Below are positions 29,290 to 37,628 of a DNA stretch of 64,000 nucleotides, in pieces. A model generated the notes under the pieces. The model was given only the letters and a program-made list of their open reading frames with translations. It did no database searches and was not told where the DNA came from. The stretch is from Dehalococcoidia bacterium (lineage in GTDB: Bacteria; Chloroflexota; Dehalococcoidia; Lucifugimonadales; UBA3495). The position numbers were made by a program, and so were the translations under genes. How positions within the stretch are numbered: position 1 is the first letter of the stretch; the number at the start of each line of letters is the position of its first letter. Location: the NCBI GenBank assembly GCA_965262595.1, contig OZ253548.1, positions 859,740 to 923,739 of the forward strand, written 5' to 3'.

Positions 29290-30540
29290 ATGAGAATACT
29301 TCACTTCTCCGACCTGCATATCGGGGTGGAAAATTACGGACGATACGACCCGGTCACCGGATTGTCCACCCGGCTGGGGGATTTTCTGGATTCCCTTGAT
29401 GAAGTGGTGGAATTTGCCCTGAGCCAAGACGTTGACCTGGTCTTGCTGGCCGGAGACGCCTATAAGGGGCGCGACCCCTCCCAAACTCATCAGCGGGAGT
29501 TTGCCAAGCGGCTGCAACGCCTATCCTCGGCAGGTATACCGGTGTTCCTGCTGATTGGCAACCACGACCTTCCCAACGCCAACAGCCGGGCCAACGCCGT
29601 CGAAATTTTCCCTACCCTTCAGGTGCCCAACGTTTACATTGGCGATGACCTGAATACCTACGCTATCTCCACCCGCAGCGGGCCGCTGCAAATTTTAGCC
29701 GTCCCCTGGCCGAGACGCGGTCGAATGCTAACGCGGGAAGACTCTCGGGGCTTGACCATCGAGGAAGTACGCGCCGAGATTGAATCCCGAATGACGACTG
29801 CAATTCAGGACCGGGTGCGCCAATTGGACCCGAACATCCCGGCCATTCTAGCCGGTCACGTCACCATCAACGGAGCGACGGTGGGCACCGAGCGGTCCAT
29901 GATGCTGGGCAATGACCACGTCCTCCTCGCCAGCGCAGTTCACCGTCCCGAGTTGGAATACGTTGCCCTGGGTCACATTCACAAGCACCAGGTGCTGCGC
30001 CGGGAGCCGCCCATAGTGGCATATTCGGGTAGTCTGCAGCGGGTAGATTTTTCCGAAGAGGGTGACGAAAAGGGCTTTTGTGTGGTTGACCTGGATGCTG
30101 CGGCTCCCCAGGGACAAAGATTAGTGGACTTTCGATTCCAGCCGGTCCAGGCTCGTCCCTTTGTGACCATCGACGCAAGAGTTTCGCCAGGAGACCCGGA
30201 GCCTACCGAGACGGTGCTCCGCGCTATCGCCCGCCGCGACTTGGCCGGCGCGGTGGTGCGGGTGCGGATAAGCTTGCCGGCGGAAGCGGAACTGCTCCTT
30301 CGGGAAGCCGAAATCCGGGAGGCGCTGCAACCGGCCCACTACATTGCCGCCATCAGCCGCGAGGTTTTGGGCGCTCGCCGAACCCGCTTGGGAACGAATA
30401 TGACCGAAGGATTGCAACCGTTACAGGCGCTGCGCCTCTATCTGGAAAGTCGGGAAACCGAGCTGCAAAGGCAGGAAAAAGTAATCAGCTACGCGGAAGA
30501 ACTGATGCAAGAAGACAATGGCGAACTTGAGGGCCCCTAG
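29290..30540 (+). CDS. sbcD: Mre11/SbcD-family DNA repair exonuclease
   Basis: The calcineurin-like phosphoesterase motifs are MRILHFSDLHIG, LAGDAYK, GNHD and GHIH. No sbcC/rad50 gene is adjacent. Confidence 0.75.
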   Translation: MRILHFSDLHIGVENYGRYDPVTGLSTRLGDFLDSLDEVVEFALSQDVDLVLLAGDAYKGRDPSQTHQREFAKRLQRLSSAGIPVFLLIGNHDLPNANSRANAVEIFPTLQVPNVYIGDDLNTYAISTRSGPLQILAVPWPRRGRMLTREDSRGLTIEEVRAEIESRMTTAIQDRVRQLDPNIPAILAGHVTINGATVGTERSMMLGNDHVLLASAVHRPELEYVALGHIHKHQVLRREPPIVAYSGSLQRVDFSEEGDEKGFCVVDLDAAAPQGQRLVDFRFQPVQARPFVTIDARVSPGDPEPTETVLRAIARRDLAGAVVRVRISLPAEAELLLREAEIREALQPAHYIAAISREVLGARRTRLGTNMTEGLQPLQALRLYLESRETELQRQEKVISYAEELMQEDNGELEGP

Positions 30541-30770
30541 CCCAGCCGGTTGTCGGCTTGACACTCCATTGGCCTACCCGTAGAATCAGACTGCAATCCA
30601 CCCGAAAGGGGGGTTAGCGGCTGTTAATTCCGTAGCTACTTTGCCTATATGCCTGGTGGGCCGCTGGGATCCGATGCAGACCGAGACGGCCAAAACTGAA
30701 CCGGTACTATTAGACCCGACAGGCTCAATCGGTCACACGGTTGCGCCGTCCCTAAACGCTGCGCCACAGG

Positions 30771-31877
30771 TTGGCGCGGCTTTCTTTTTGCCTGGAATCG
30801 GGCGAGTTTCAATCTCACTGGGAGCGTAAACCGGCTGTGAATACTACCCTGACCGCAGTGGCTGGGCTGGAAGTGGGCCACTCCACCGACCAAGACAATG
30901 CCACCGGCTGCACCGCAATCCTGTGCCGTCAAGGAGCAGTAGGCGGAGTTGACGTGCGCGGCGGCTCTCCGGGGACCCGGGAAACCGACCTGCTTCGGCC
31001 CATGCACCGAGTCGAACGGATTCATGGAATTGTCCTCAGCGGGGGGAGCGCCTTCGGTCTGGACGCGGCATCCGGCGTCATGCAATACCTGGAGGCGGAA
31101 GGTATCGGCTTCCGGGCGGGGCCCACAATCGTCCCCATAGTGTCCTCGGCGATCCTCTTTGATTTGGGACTGATTACCGGCAAGGTACGCCCCGGTCCGA
31201 CAGAGGGTTTCGCCGCGGCCACCGCAGCTAATTCGAAGCCGGTCAGCGAGGGCAGCGTTGGCGCCGGCACCGGAGCTACGGTGGGTAAGGCCCTGGGACT
31301 GGAACGGGCAACGAAGGGCGGCCTCGGCTGCTCCGCCATGAAACTGTCCGGTGGGTTCACCGTAGCGGCGCTGGTTGTCGTAAATGCCTATGGGGACGTG
31401 GTTGACTATACCTCCGGTCGGTTAATAGCTGGGCCGCGATCCGAATCTGAACCGGGATCGGAACAGGAATCGAGATCGAGCTTGGTTAACACGGTTGAAT
31501 GGTTGACCCAGGGAGACCCCGGGGACCGCCGCGATGCTGGGGCGACCAGCGGCGACGACGATACCGGCATCGCCAATACTACCATCGGCGTGGTAGCCAC
31601 GGACGCTTCGCTTACCCGCGAAGAGGCGAACTTCCTGGCTCAGGTCAGCCATGACGGCCTGGCGTTAGCCATAAGGCCGTGTCATACCATCAGGGACGGC
31701 GATACCATGTTTGCCCTCGCTACCGGACAGAACGTCGGGCAAGATGCCGGGAGAGTGGACCTTACCCTGCTGGGAGCGGCAGCGGTCGAAGTTACCGCCC
31801 AGGCGGTTTTACGCGCCATTTCCACTGCCACCGGTTTAGGCGGTATCCCGGCCAGCAGCGAGTTGACCCATGGATGA
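30771..31877 (+). CDS. peptidase family S58/P1 (DmpA/BapA-like aminopeptidase)
   Basis: TAVAGLEVGHSTDQDNATGCTAIL, VDVRGGSPGTRETDLL and VLSGGSAFGLDAASGV are present. The start is uncertain; a GTG near 30838 is possible. The gene ends in an 8-nt overlap with the next gene. Confidence 0.7.
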   Translation: MARLSFCLESGEFQSHWERKPAVNTTLTAVAGLEVGHSTDQDNATGCTAILCRQGAVGGVDVRGGSPGTRETDLLRPMHRVERIHGIVLSGGSAFGLDAASGVMQYLEAEGIGFRAGPTIVPIVSSAILFDLGLITGKVRPGPTEGFAAATAANSKPVSEGSVGAGTGATVGKALGLERATKGGLGCSAMKLSGGFTVAALVVVNAYGDVVDYTSGRLIAGPRSESEPGSEQESRSSLVNTVEWLTQGDPGDRRDAGATSGDDDTGIANTTIGVVATDASLTREEANFLAQVSHDGLALAIRPCHTIRDGDTMFALATGQNVGQDAGRVDLTLLGAAAVEVTAQAVLRAISTATGLGGIPASSELTHG

Positions 31878-32787
31878 TCCGCTAATAAACACTTTGAATC
31901 CGCGAATCGGATTTATTGGCGCCGGTGTCCTGGGCACCGGCCTGGCCTTGGCTTTGGCCCAACAAGACTACCGCGTTAGCGCCGCCAATAGCCGCAGCCC
32001 GGCCTCGGCCAAGGCGATGTGCGAGAAGATTCCGGGCTGTCGCGTGTTTGCCTCCGCCCAGGAATTAGCCGACGCCACCGACCTGGTGTTTATCACCACT
32101 CCCGATGAAGCCATAGGATCTATCGCTGCGTCGGTAGGGTGGCGCCCGGGGCAAGGGGTAATCCATTGCTGCGGAGCGGCGGGCACGGATATATTGAGGG
32201 CGGCTAAAGCCTTTAAGGCGGTCACCGGCGCATTCCACCCGTTCCAAACTTTTGCCGGCTTGACCGACCCGTCTAAAACCGTCGAACGCCTTGCCGGAGT
32301 CACCTTCGCGGTATCCGCCGAAGGCTGGTTGGGCGAGTTTCTGAATGAAATGGCACGGCGTTTAGGCGGCAATCCGGTGAGCATAAGAGACGCTGAGCGG
32401 CCGCTCTACCATGCGTCGGCGGTGCTGAGCTGCGGTTACCTGGCAGCGCTGTTGCAGGGAGCGGTTGAGCTGTGGCAGACAATGGGTTTCAGCCAGGAAC
32501 AAGCCGTCGGCGCCTTGCTTTCCCTGAGCCGGGCAACGCTTGGAAATATAGAAGAGGTCGGCTTGCCAAACTGCGTCACCGGCCCGGTAATTCGAGGCGA
32601 CGCCGAAACCATTGCATCCCATCTGGAATCAATTGTACGGGCCAAGCCGGACTTGACCCGGGTTTACCTTGCATTGACCGAAGCTTCCCTTTCGCTGGCG
32701 GCCGAGGCCGGGATTGGCCCCGAAAAAGAAGGCGCCATTCGTCAATTGCTGCGGCAATACGATCACCAAAACATACCAAGCCAATAA
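31870..32787 (+). CDS. Rossmann-fold / DUF2520-type protein (putative ketopantoate-reductase-like)
   Basis: IGFIGAGVLGTGLALALAQ is the Rossmann motif. The C-terminal YHASAVLSCGYLAALL region is typical of DUF2520 proteins. The gene lies directly upstream of panB. Confidence 0.6.
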   Translation: MDDPLINTLNPRIGFIGAGVLGTGLALALAQQDYRVSAANSRSPASAKAMCEKIPGCRVFASAQELADATDLVFITTPDEAIGSIAASVGWRPGQGVIHCCGAAGTDILRAAKAFKAVTGAFHPFQTFAGLTDPSKTVERLAGVTFAVSAEGWLGEFLNEMARRLGGNPVSIRDAERPLYHASAVLSCGYLAALLQGAVELWQTMGFSQEQAVGALLSLSRATLGNIEEVGLPNCVTGPVIRGDAETIASHLESIVRAKPDLTRVYLALTEASLSLAAEAGIGPEKEGAIRQLLRQYDHQNIPSQ

Positions 32788-32804
32788 AACCGGAGGTCGG
32801 AATC

Positions 32805-33635
32805 ATGCCCAGAATAACCGTCAGGAACATCTCCGAAATGAAGCGGCGCGGGGAGAAAATCCCGATGATTACTGCCTACGATTACACTACGGCCATCTTG
32901 GCGGACGCCGCACAGATACCGATTATTCTTGTTGGTGACAGCTTGGGCATGGTAGTCCTGGGTTACGAATCTACCGTTCCGGTAACGCTGGAGGATATGA
33001 TTCACCACTCCAAAATGGTAGCCCGGGGCAGCAAGAACGCCCTGATCGTCGCCGACCTGCCCTTTATGTCCTACCGGGTCGATCCGGCGCAGGCCCTGGG
33101 CAACGCCGCGCGCCTAATGCAGGAAGGCGGAGCCCACACGGTCAAGCTGGAGGGCGGAGAAAATGTGGCGCCTATTGTACGGAGCATTGTTGAGTGTGGC
33201 ATTCCGGTGATGGGCCATATCGGCGTTACACCCCAATCGGTCAATTTCTACGGCGGCTACCGAGTTCGGGGGCGCAGTTCCAAAGAAGCGGCTCAATTGC
33301 TGAAAGACGCCCTGGCTTTAGAAGCGTCAGGAGCCTATGCGGTAGTACTGGAAATGGTGCCGACTCCCCTGTCCCGGCTCATTTCTCAAAAGCTGACTAT
33401 TCCCACAATCGGTATCGGCGCCGGACCCGACTGCGACGGGCAAGTGCAGGTGCTTCATGATATGCTCGGCCTGTTCACCGACTTCGTTCCCAAGCACGCC
33501 AAGAAATACGCCGACTTGGCCCAGGTAATTCAGGAGGCCTTCGTCAGGTACGGGACGGAAGTTAGAGAAGGCGCCTTTCCCACAGCGAAGGAAAGTTTTT
33601 CCATGGACGAGTCGGCGCTGGAAGATTTGGGCTAG
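32805..33635 (+). CDS. panB: 3-methyl-2-oxobutanoate hydroxymethyltransferase
   Basis: KIPMITAYDYTTA, LVGDSLGMVVLGY and HTVKLEGG are PanB motifs. The ATG at 32805 has GGAGG 9 nt upstream. The track ORF start at 32472 overlaps the previous gene and is rejected. Confidence 0.9.
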   Translation: MPRITVRNISEMKRRGEKIPMITAYDYTTAILADAAQIPIILVGDSLGMVVLGYESTVPVTLEDMIHHSKMVARGSKNALIVADLPFMSYRVDPAQALGNAARLMQEGGAHTVKLEGGENVAPIVRSIVECGIPVMGHIGVTPQSVNFYGGYRVRGRSSKEAAQLLKDALALEASGAYAVVLEMVPTPLSRLISQKLTIPTIGIGAGPDCDGQVQVLHDMLGLFTDFVPKHAKKYADLAQVIQEAFVRYGTEVREGAFPTAKESFSMDESALEDLG

Positions 33636-33684
33636 ACGGCAACGACTCATTTACCCGAAATCGGCATCCGTTCCGAAAAGTAAG

Positions 33685-33718
33685 AGGCGCTGGGGGAAAT
33701 ACCCAGCGCCTTTAATCT
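33685..33718. terminator. hairpin terminator between convergent panB and the tubulin-operon end
   Basis: AGGCGCTGGG (33685-33694) pairs with CCCAGCGCCT (33702-33711), with a 7-nt loop, followed by TTAATCTT. Confidence 0.55.
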
Positions 33719-33749
33719 TGCCGGCGATGCCAGGGCAATTGAACTGACG

Positions 33750-34568
33750 CTAAGACCGGGGCCGGCGGCTTTCAATTTGGTCAATAATCAACTGGAGCTC
33801 GTCCAAGACTGCATCAACTGCTACCTGGTCCGTCTGCTGAACCGCTATGCCTTCCCGATCAAATATTCCGGTGCGGTCCAGTTGCACATTGACCTGGATG
33901 TCTCCGGCGCCATTGGCCAGGATCAGGTCCTGCTCAATCAGGGACAATCGCAGCGTGGGAGAAAAGAGACTGGGTTCATAGGGTTGGAAGTGATAAGACT
34001 GCTGCGATATCATCGTCCCTTCTTCCCGGCTTATGGAAAGGACTCGCTCCGGAGCATCCGGATAAAACAGGGTTATTTCCGCGTTATCAATAAGGGTGCC
34101 CTGGCTGTAGTCATCTATCTTTACCGCACGAGTAATAGCGGTTCCGTCTCCGCTATACAGCGCAAAAAACGCGGTAATGTCCTGGGTGCTGGTATCGACC
34201 TGAAAGGTGAACCAGGTGCGTACCGAACCGGCCAGAAGTTGCAGGTCAACGAAGTCTTCGGCAAGAACTTCACCATAACTCACGGCCGGAATCGGATACT
34301 TAACATTACTACCGGTCGGGGACATAACATCAGGTTGAGAAACCGGGGGAGCCAAGGTAGGAAGCTCCTGCAACGGGGCAGTCTGTGGAGAAGGAACCTG
34401 GGTGATGGGAGCGGGTGGGGGTACTACCGGCGCCGGGCCAGAAGCATTGTTTCCAAGCAGCAAGTAAATAACTACGCCGCCAACAATCAATAAAGCAATT
34501 AAAAATACAACAATAAGAACCGGGGAACCGGCACCTCCCCGGTGCTCAGGGGATCGTGAGACTCTCAA
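33750..34568 (-). CDS. single-pass membrane protein, partner of the tubulin-like GTPase
   Basis: TTG start with GGAGG 7 nt upstream. It has a short basic N-terminus and one TM segment (VLIVVFLIALLIVGGVVIYLLL). These are followed by a Pro-rich linker (PAPVVPPPAPITQVPSPQTAP...) and a roughly 190-aa domain with no recognised family. Confidence 0.55.
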   Translation of the reverse strand: MRVSRSPEHRGGAGSPVLIVVFLIALLIVGGVVIYLLLGNNASGPAPVVPPPAPITQVPSPQTAPLQELPTLAPPVSQPDVMSPTGSNVKYPIPAVSYGEVLAEDFVDLQLLAGSVRTWFTFQVDTSTQDITAFFALYSGDGTAITRAVKIDDYSQGTLIDNAEITLFYPDAPERVLSISREEGTMISQQSYHFQPYEPSLFSPTLRLSLIEQDLILANGAGDIQVNVQLDRTGIFDREGIAVQQTDQVAVDAVLDELQLIIDQIESRRPRS

Positions 34569-34594
34569 TTTTGCCTCCAGTTTATTTTCAGTAG

Positions 34595-34621
34595 CAGGCT
34601 CAGGGAACTACCCTGAGCCTG
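34595..34621 (-). promoter_or_regulatory. intercistronic hairpin between the tubulin-like gene and its partner
   Basis: CAGGCTCAGGG pairs with CCCTGAGCCTG: an 11-bp perfect stem with a 5-nt loop. There is no U-tract, so it is more likely a processing/stability or attenuating element than a full terminator. Confidence 0.45.
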
Positions 34622-34639
34622 AATCAATTCTCAAAACGC

Positions 34640-35905
34640 CTACAAATTGGGCAACACGTCGGTTAGCTTGGAAATGTCCTCCCAACGCCGGCCCCGTCCT
34701 TCCCGTCGGTCGCGGGAAGTGGTCATCATGTTAGCCGCTTCCCGGTAGAACCATTCGATCCGGTCCATTGCCTTTCCTTCACCAATGTTGGAAAGGATGG
34801 CGGTAACGCTGATGGTATCTGAGGTCCGACCGGGGTAAGTTCCCTTACGACGCCCGGCCCCGGGTACACGCTCAGCGAAGGTGTTATCCATCATCTCTAC
34901 AATCTCTGCGGTAGCCTCGTTGGGGGGGCCGCTGAAGAGGCCAAGAACGTGCTGGGCGTCGTAGAGTATTTTCCCCCTTTCGTCATAGTCGCAGTCCAGG
35001 GAAAGCTCGGCCAAAGCCTGGGTAACCACATTTTGGGCCCGCTCGATCTGGGCCTTGGACACGGAAAAGTGCTGCTGAACCCGATCGTGATTAGTGCGGA
35101 TGCGGCCAAACCAGGAACCCGATTTCCTGGTTTCAGGAATAGCGGCATGGCTGACGCCAATTACGGTTGGGCCCCGGAGGATACGGATAACGTCATTGGC
35201 ATCAAGAACTTCGCCAATATAGCGGCGCTCAGTTTCCTCGCCAACACACAGTATGTCCATGAAAGAATCAGCGATCTTCCGATTGATGGTAGCGTAGTTC
35301 AATCCCATCGCGTCTTGCTTGCGGGCGAACTTCTGGTTATCGACCAGGAACACCGCGTCGGCTTTGGAGTTATCGAGCACCTTCTTCAAACAGGTTGCCG
35401 TGTTTATGACGCTGTCCGGTTCGTCGTATTGGTTCTCGAACGGCAATACCAGCATCGCGTAAACCGGCTTTTTGAATTCATCCTTTAGCAGGTCAACGAT
35501 CACTCCCACCGAGCCGGAGCCGGTTCCGCCGGCGGTAGTGGCGATTACCAAAATGGCGTCGGCGGAGTAAACGTCCCCATGATCCCGGATAGTTGACGCA
35601 ATTTTGCGGGAATCGCGCCGGGCCTGTTCGGCGCCATCGGCGTTCACTTTTCCAGCGCCCCGGCCCCTAAATTCATCCGTTGAGCCCAGCAAAATTGTGT
35701 GGTCATCAGTCTGGGGTATATGCTGCAGCGCATAAAGGTCACCGGCGCCCAGATTAACCGCAAAAACGCCGCTGGAAATCGGGTCGGAATCCGAACCGGT
35801 GAACAGCCGCACCCGCCGGTTAGCCCAAACCCAATGACCCAGCGCAACAAATTCATCCGCAATGTTAGAACCACCTTGTCCAGTGCCTACAATAACGAGC
35901 TTCAT
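34640..35905 (-). CDS. tubulin/FtsZ-superfamily GTPase, CetZ-like
   Basis: MKLVIVGTGQGGSNIADEF is the T1 loop, and ILVIATTAGGTGSGSVGVIVDLLK is the tubulin signature (A/G)GGTGSG at aa 125-131. LVDNQKF and a second domain (VLDANDVIRILRG..., LFSGPPNE...RKGTYPG...VTAILSNI) are collinear with my recollection of Haloferax CetZ1. AAGGAG lies 6 nt upstream of the ATG. Confidence 0.75.
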   Translation of the reverse strand: MKLVIVGTGQGGSNIADEFVALGHWVWANRRVRLFTGSDSDPISSGVFAVNLGAGDLYALQHIPQTDDHTILLGSTDEFRGRGAGKVNADGAEQARRDSRKIASTIRDHGDVYSADAILVIATTAGGTGSGSVGVIVDLLKDEFKKPVYAMLVLPFENQYDEPDSVINTATCLKKVLDNSKADAVFLVDNQKFARKQDAMGLNYATINRKIADSFMDILCVGEETERRYIGEVLDANDVIRILRGPTVIGVSHAAIPETRKSGSWFGRIRTNHDRVQQHFSVSKAQIERAQNVVTQALAELSLDCDYDERGKILYDAQHVLGLFSGPPNEATAEIVEMMDNTFAERVPGAGRRKGTYPGRTSDTISVTAILSNIGEGKAMDRIEWFYREAANMMTTSRDRREGRGRRWEDISKLTDVLPNL

Positions 35906-36318
35906 CGTGAACTCCTTAAAACGATAAGCGAATACTCGACGGTACCAGCAGGACCCTTACGTAACCCCAACTCATACTTGTCGATTCCTTCAGTTCAATT
36001 AAAACTTCTTTAAAACAACCACCTATTTCAGTGCACCCGAGTATCGGCCACACTCGAACGTCGGCGCCCGTATAACCCATTGCGCCGACACCAAAATTAA
36101 TTGTAACACGTTGAACGAATTAGGCGCAATTGGGATAGGGCGAATGTATGAGAGCTTCCACGAAGCTGCCAAAAGTAACTCCCCAGGCTGCGTTCCTTTT
36201 AGCAGTTGAAGTAGTTAGATCGGCTCGCCACGAGCAATGTGTCGATGATCTCTCGGTTTGGAGTCAATTTTCGTAACTGCCGGCTAGCCCTGACCCGGTA
36301 TATCGCTTATGAAGTTCG

Positions 36319-36347
36319 TTGACACAACGCCTTTGATAGCATATATT
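36319..36347 (+). promoter_or_regulatory. sigma70-like promoter candidate for the ABC permease operon
   Basis: TTGACA (36319-36324), a 17-nt spacer, then TATATT (36342-36347). This would give a leader of about 210 nt before the ATG at 36566. Confidence 0.35.
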
Positions 36348-36565
36348 TTTCTGGAACTTTCAAGGGACCTAAATCCCTTGATTCGAATGTAGGGAACACG
36401 GCCGGCCGGACCCAAAGTGCCCTGCCCGCTTTTCGGCTGTACCAGCTACCATAAATATACGAATATACGCGACGGGGTTTTGGAGTTTACACCGCGGGCC
36501 GGCGGCTTTTCAATGGTAGGAACCCTGGAATCCTATCGCTAGCGCCATAAGTCAGAGGTATAGGA

Positions 36566-37483
36566 ATGCAACGGTTCATAATCATTCGGGTCTTCTACGC
36601 CCTGATCGTCCTCTTTATTGTCAGTATCATCGTCTTTGCCCTGGCCCGAATAAGCGGCAACCCAGTGGATGTATTTCTACCTTTCGACGCAACCGACGAG
36701 CAACAAGCAGCCCTGGAGCGAGACTTGGGACTGGACCAACCACTCCCAATACAGTATCTCAAGTTCGTTGGTAACGCGTTGCGCGGGGAATTCGGGAACT
36801 CAATCAAGTGGGATGGCCAAAGCGCCCTGGGATTGGTAGCCCAGCGATTCCCCGCAACCCTCCAACTTGCCGGAGTTGCCATAGTTATCAGCTTGCTCAT
36901 CGCCGTTCCCATAGGTGTGTTGTCCGCCGTGAAGAAAGACAGCATATTCGACCTGATCGGCAAGATCATTGCGCTCGGAGGCCAATCACTGCCTCCTTTC
37001 TGGTTGGGCATCGTGCTTATCTTCATTTTCGCCGTCCAACTCGACTTTTTCCCCACCTCCGGCCGTGGCGGGGGAAAGAACTTGATCCTTCCCGCCATCA
37101 CGTTGGGCTGGTTCCAGGTGGCAGCAATGATGCGGCTGGTACGCTCCGCAATGTTGGAAGTTCTGGATACCGAATACGTGAAATTGGCCCGGATCAAAGG
37201 CATTGTGGAATGGAAAGTAATCTGGAAGCACGCTTTGCGCAATGCCTCCATCCCGCCTTTGACCTACTTCGGTATCGTTGCCGGGCAGTTGATGACCGGC
37301 GCCGTTATTACCGAGAGTGTCTTTACCTGGCCGGGCACCGGACTGCTGGCAGTTGACGCCATCCGGGCCAGGGATTACCCGGTTGTACAGACGGTAGTCA
37401 TCACGTTTGCCGGCATATACGTTCTCGCTAATCTGGCCGTGGATATTCTTTATGCCTACCTGGACCCCCGCATTCGTTATTAA
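36566..37483 (+). CDS. ABC transporter permease, peptide/nickel type (DppB/OppB-like)
   Basis: N-terminus MQRFIIIRVFYALIVLFIVSIIVFAL and an EAA loop (EYVKLARIKG); 305 aa. Confidence 0.85.
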   Translation: MQRFIIIRVFYALIVLFIVSIIVFALARISGNPVDVFLPFDATDEQQAALERDLGLDQPLPIQYLKFVGNALRGEFGNSIKWDGQSALGLVAQRFPATLQLAGVAIVISLLIAVPIGVLSAVKKDSIFDLIGKIIALGGQSLPPFWLGIVLIFIFAVQLDFFPTSGRGGGKNLILPAITLGWFQVAAMMRLVRSAMLEVLDTEYVKLARIKGIVEWKVIWKHALRNASIPPLTYFGIVAGQLMTGAVITESVFTWPGTGLLAVDAIRARDYPVVQTVVITFAGIYVLANLAVDILYAYLDPRIRY

Positions 37484-37628
37484 GAGGGCGGCGGGAGGAC
37501 ATCCACTGTATTTTAGGCGGAAGGCAATCGGGCAACGTTTCGAGCAAGTGCGGTAATCGACTGACAATCGATAATCACTGTTAGCAACGGTCCGGAATAA
37601 TTGGGGATACTAAACAGGAGTTGGTCCA

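Noticed and set aside
32472-32804. N-terminal 111-aa extension of the panB ORF in the track
   Set aside because: It overlaps the DUF2520 gene in another frame and is Arg/Pro-rich. PanB homology starts at the ATG at 32805, which has a GGAGG RBS.
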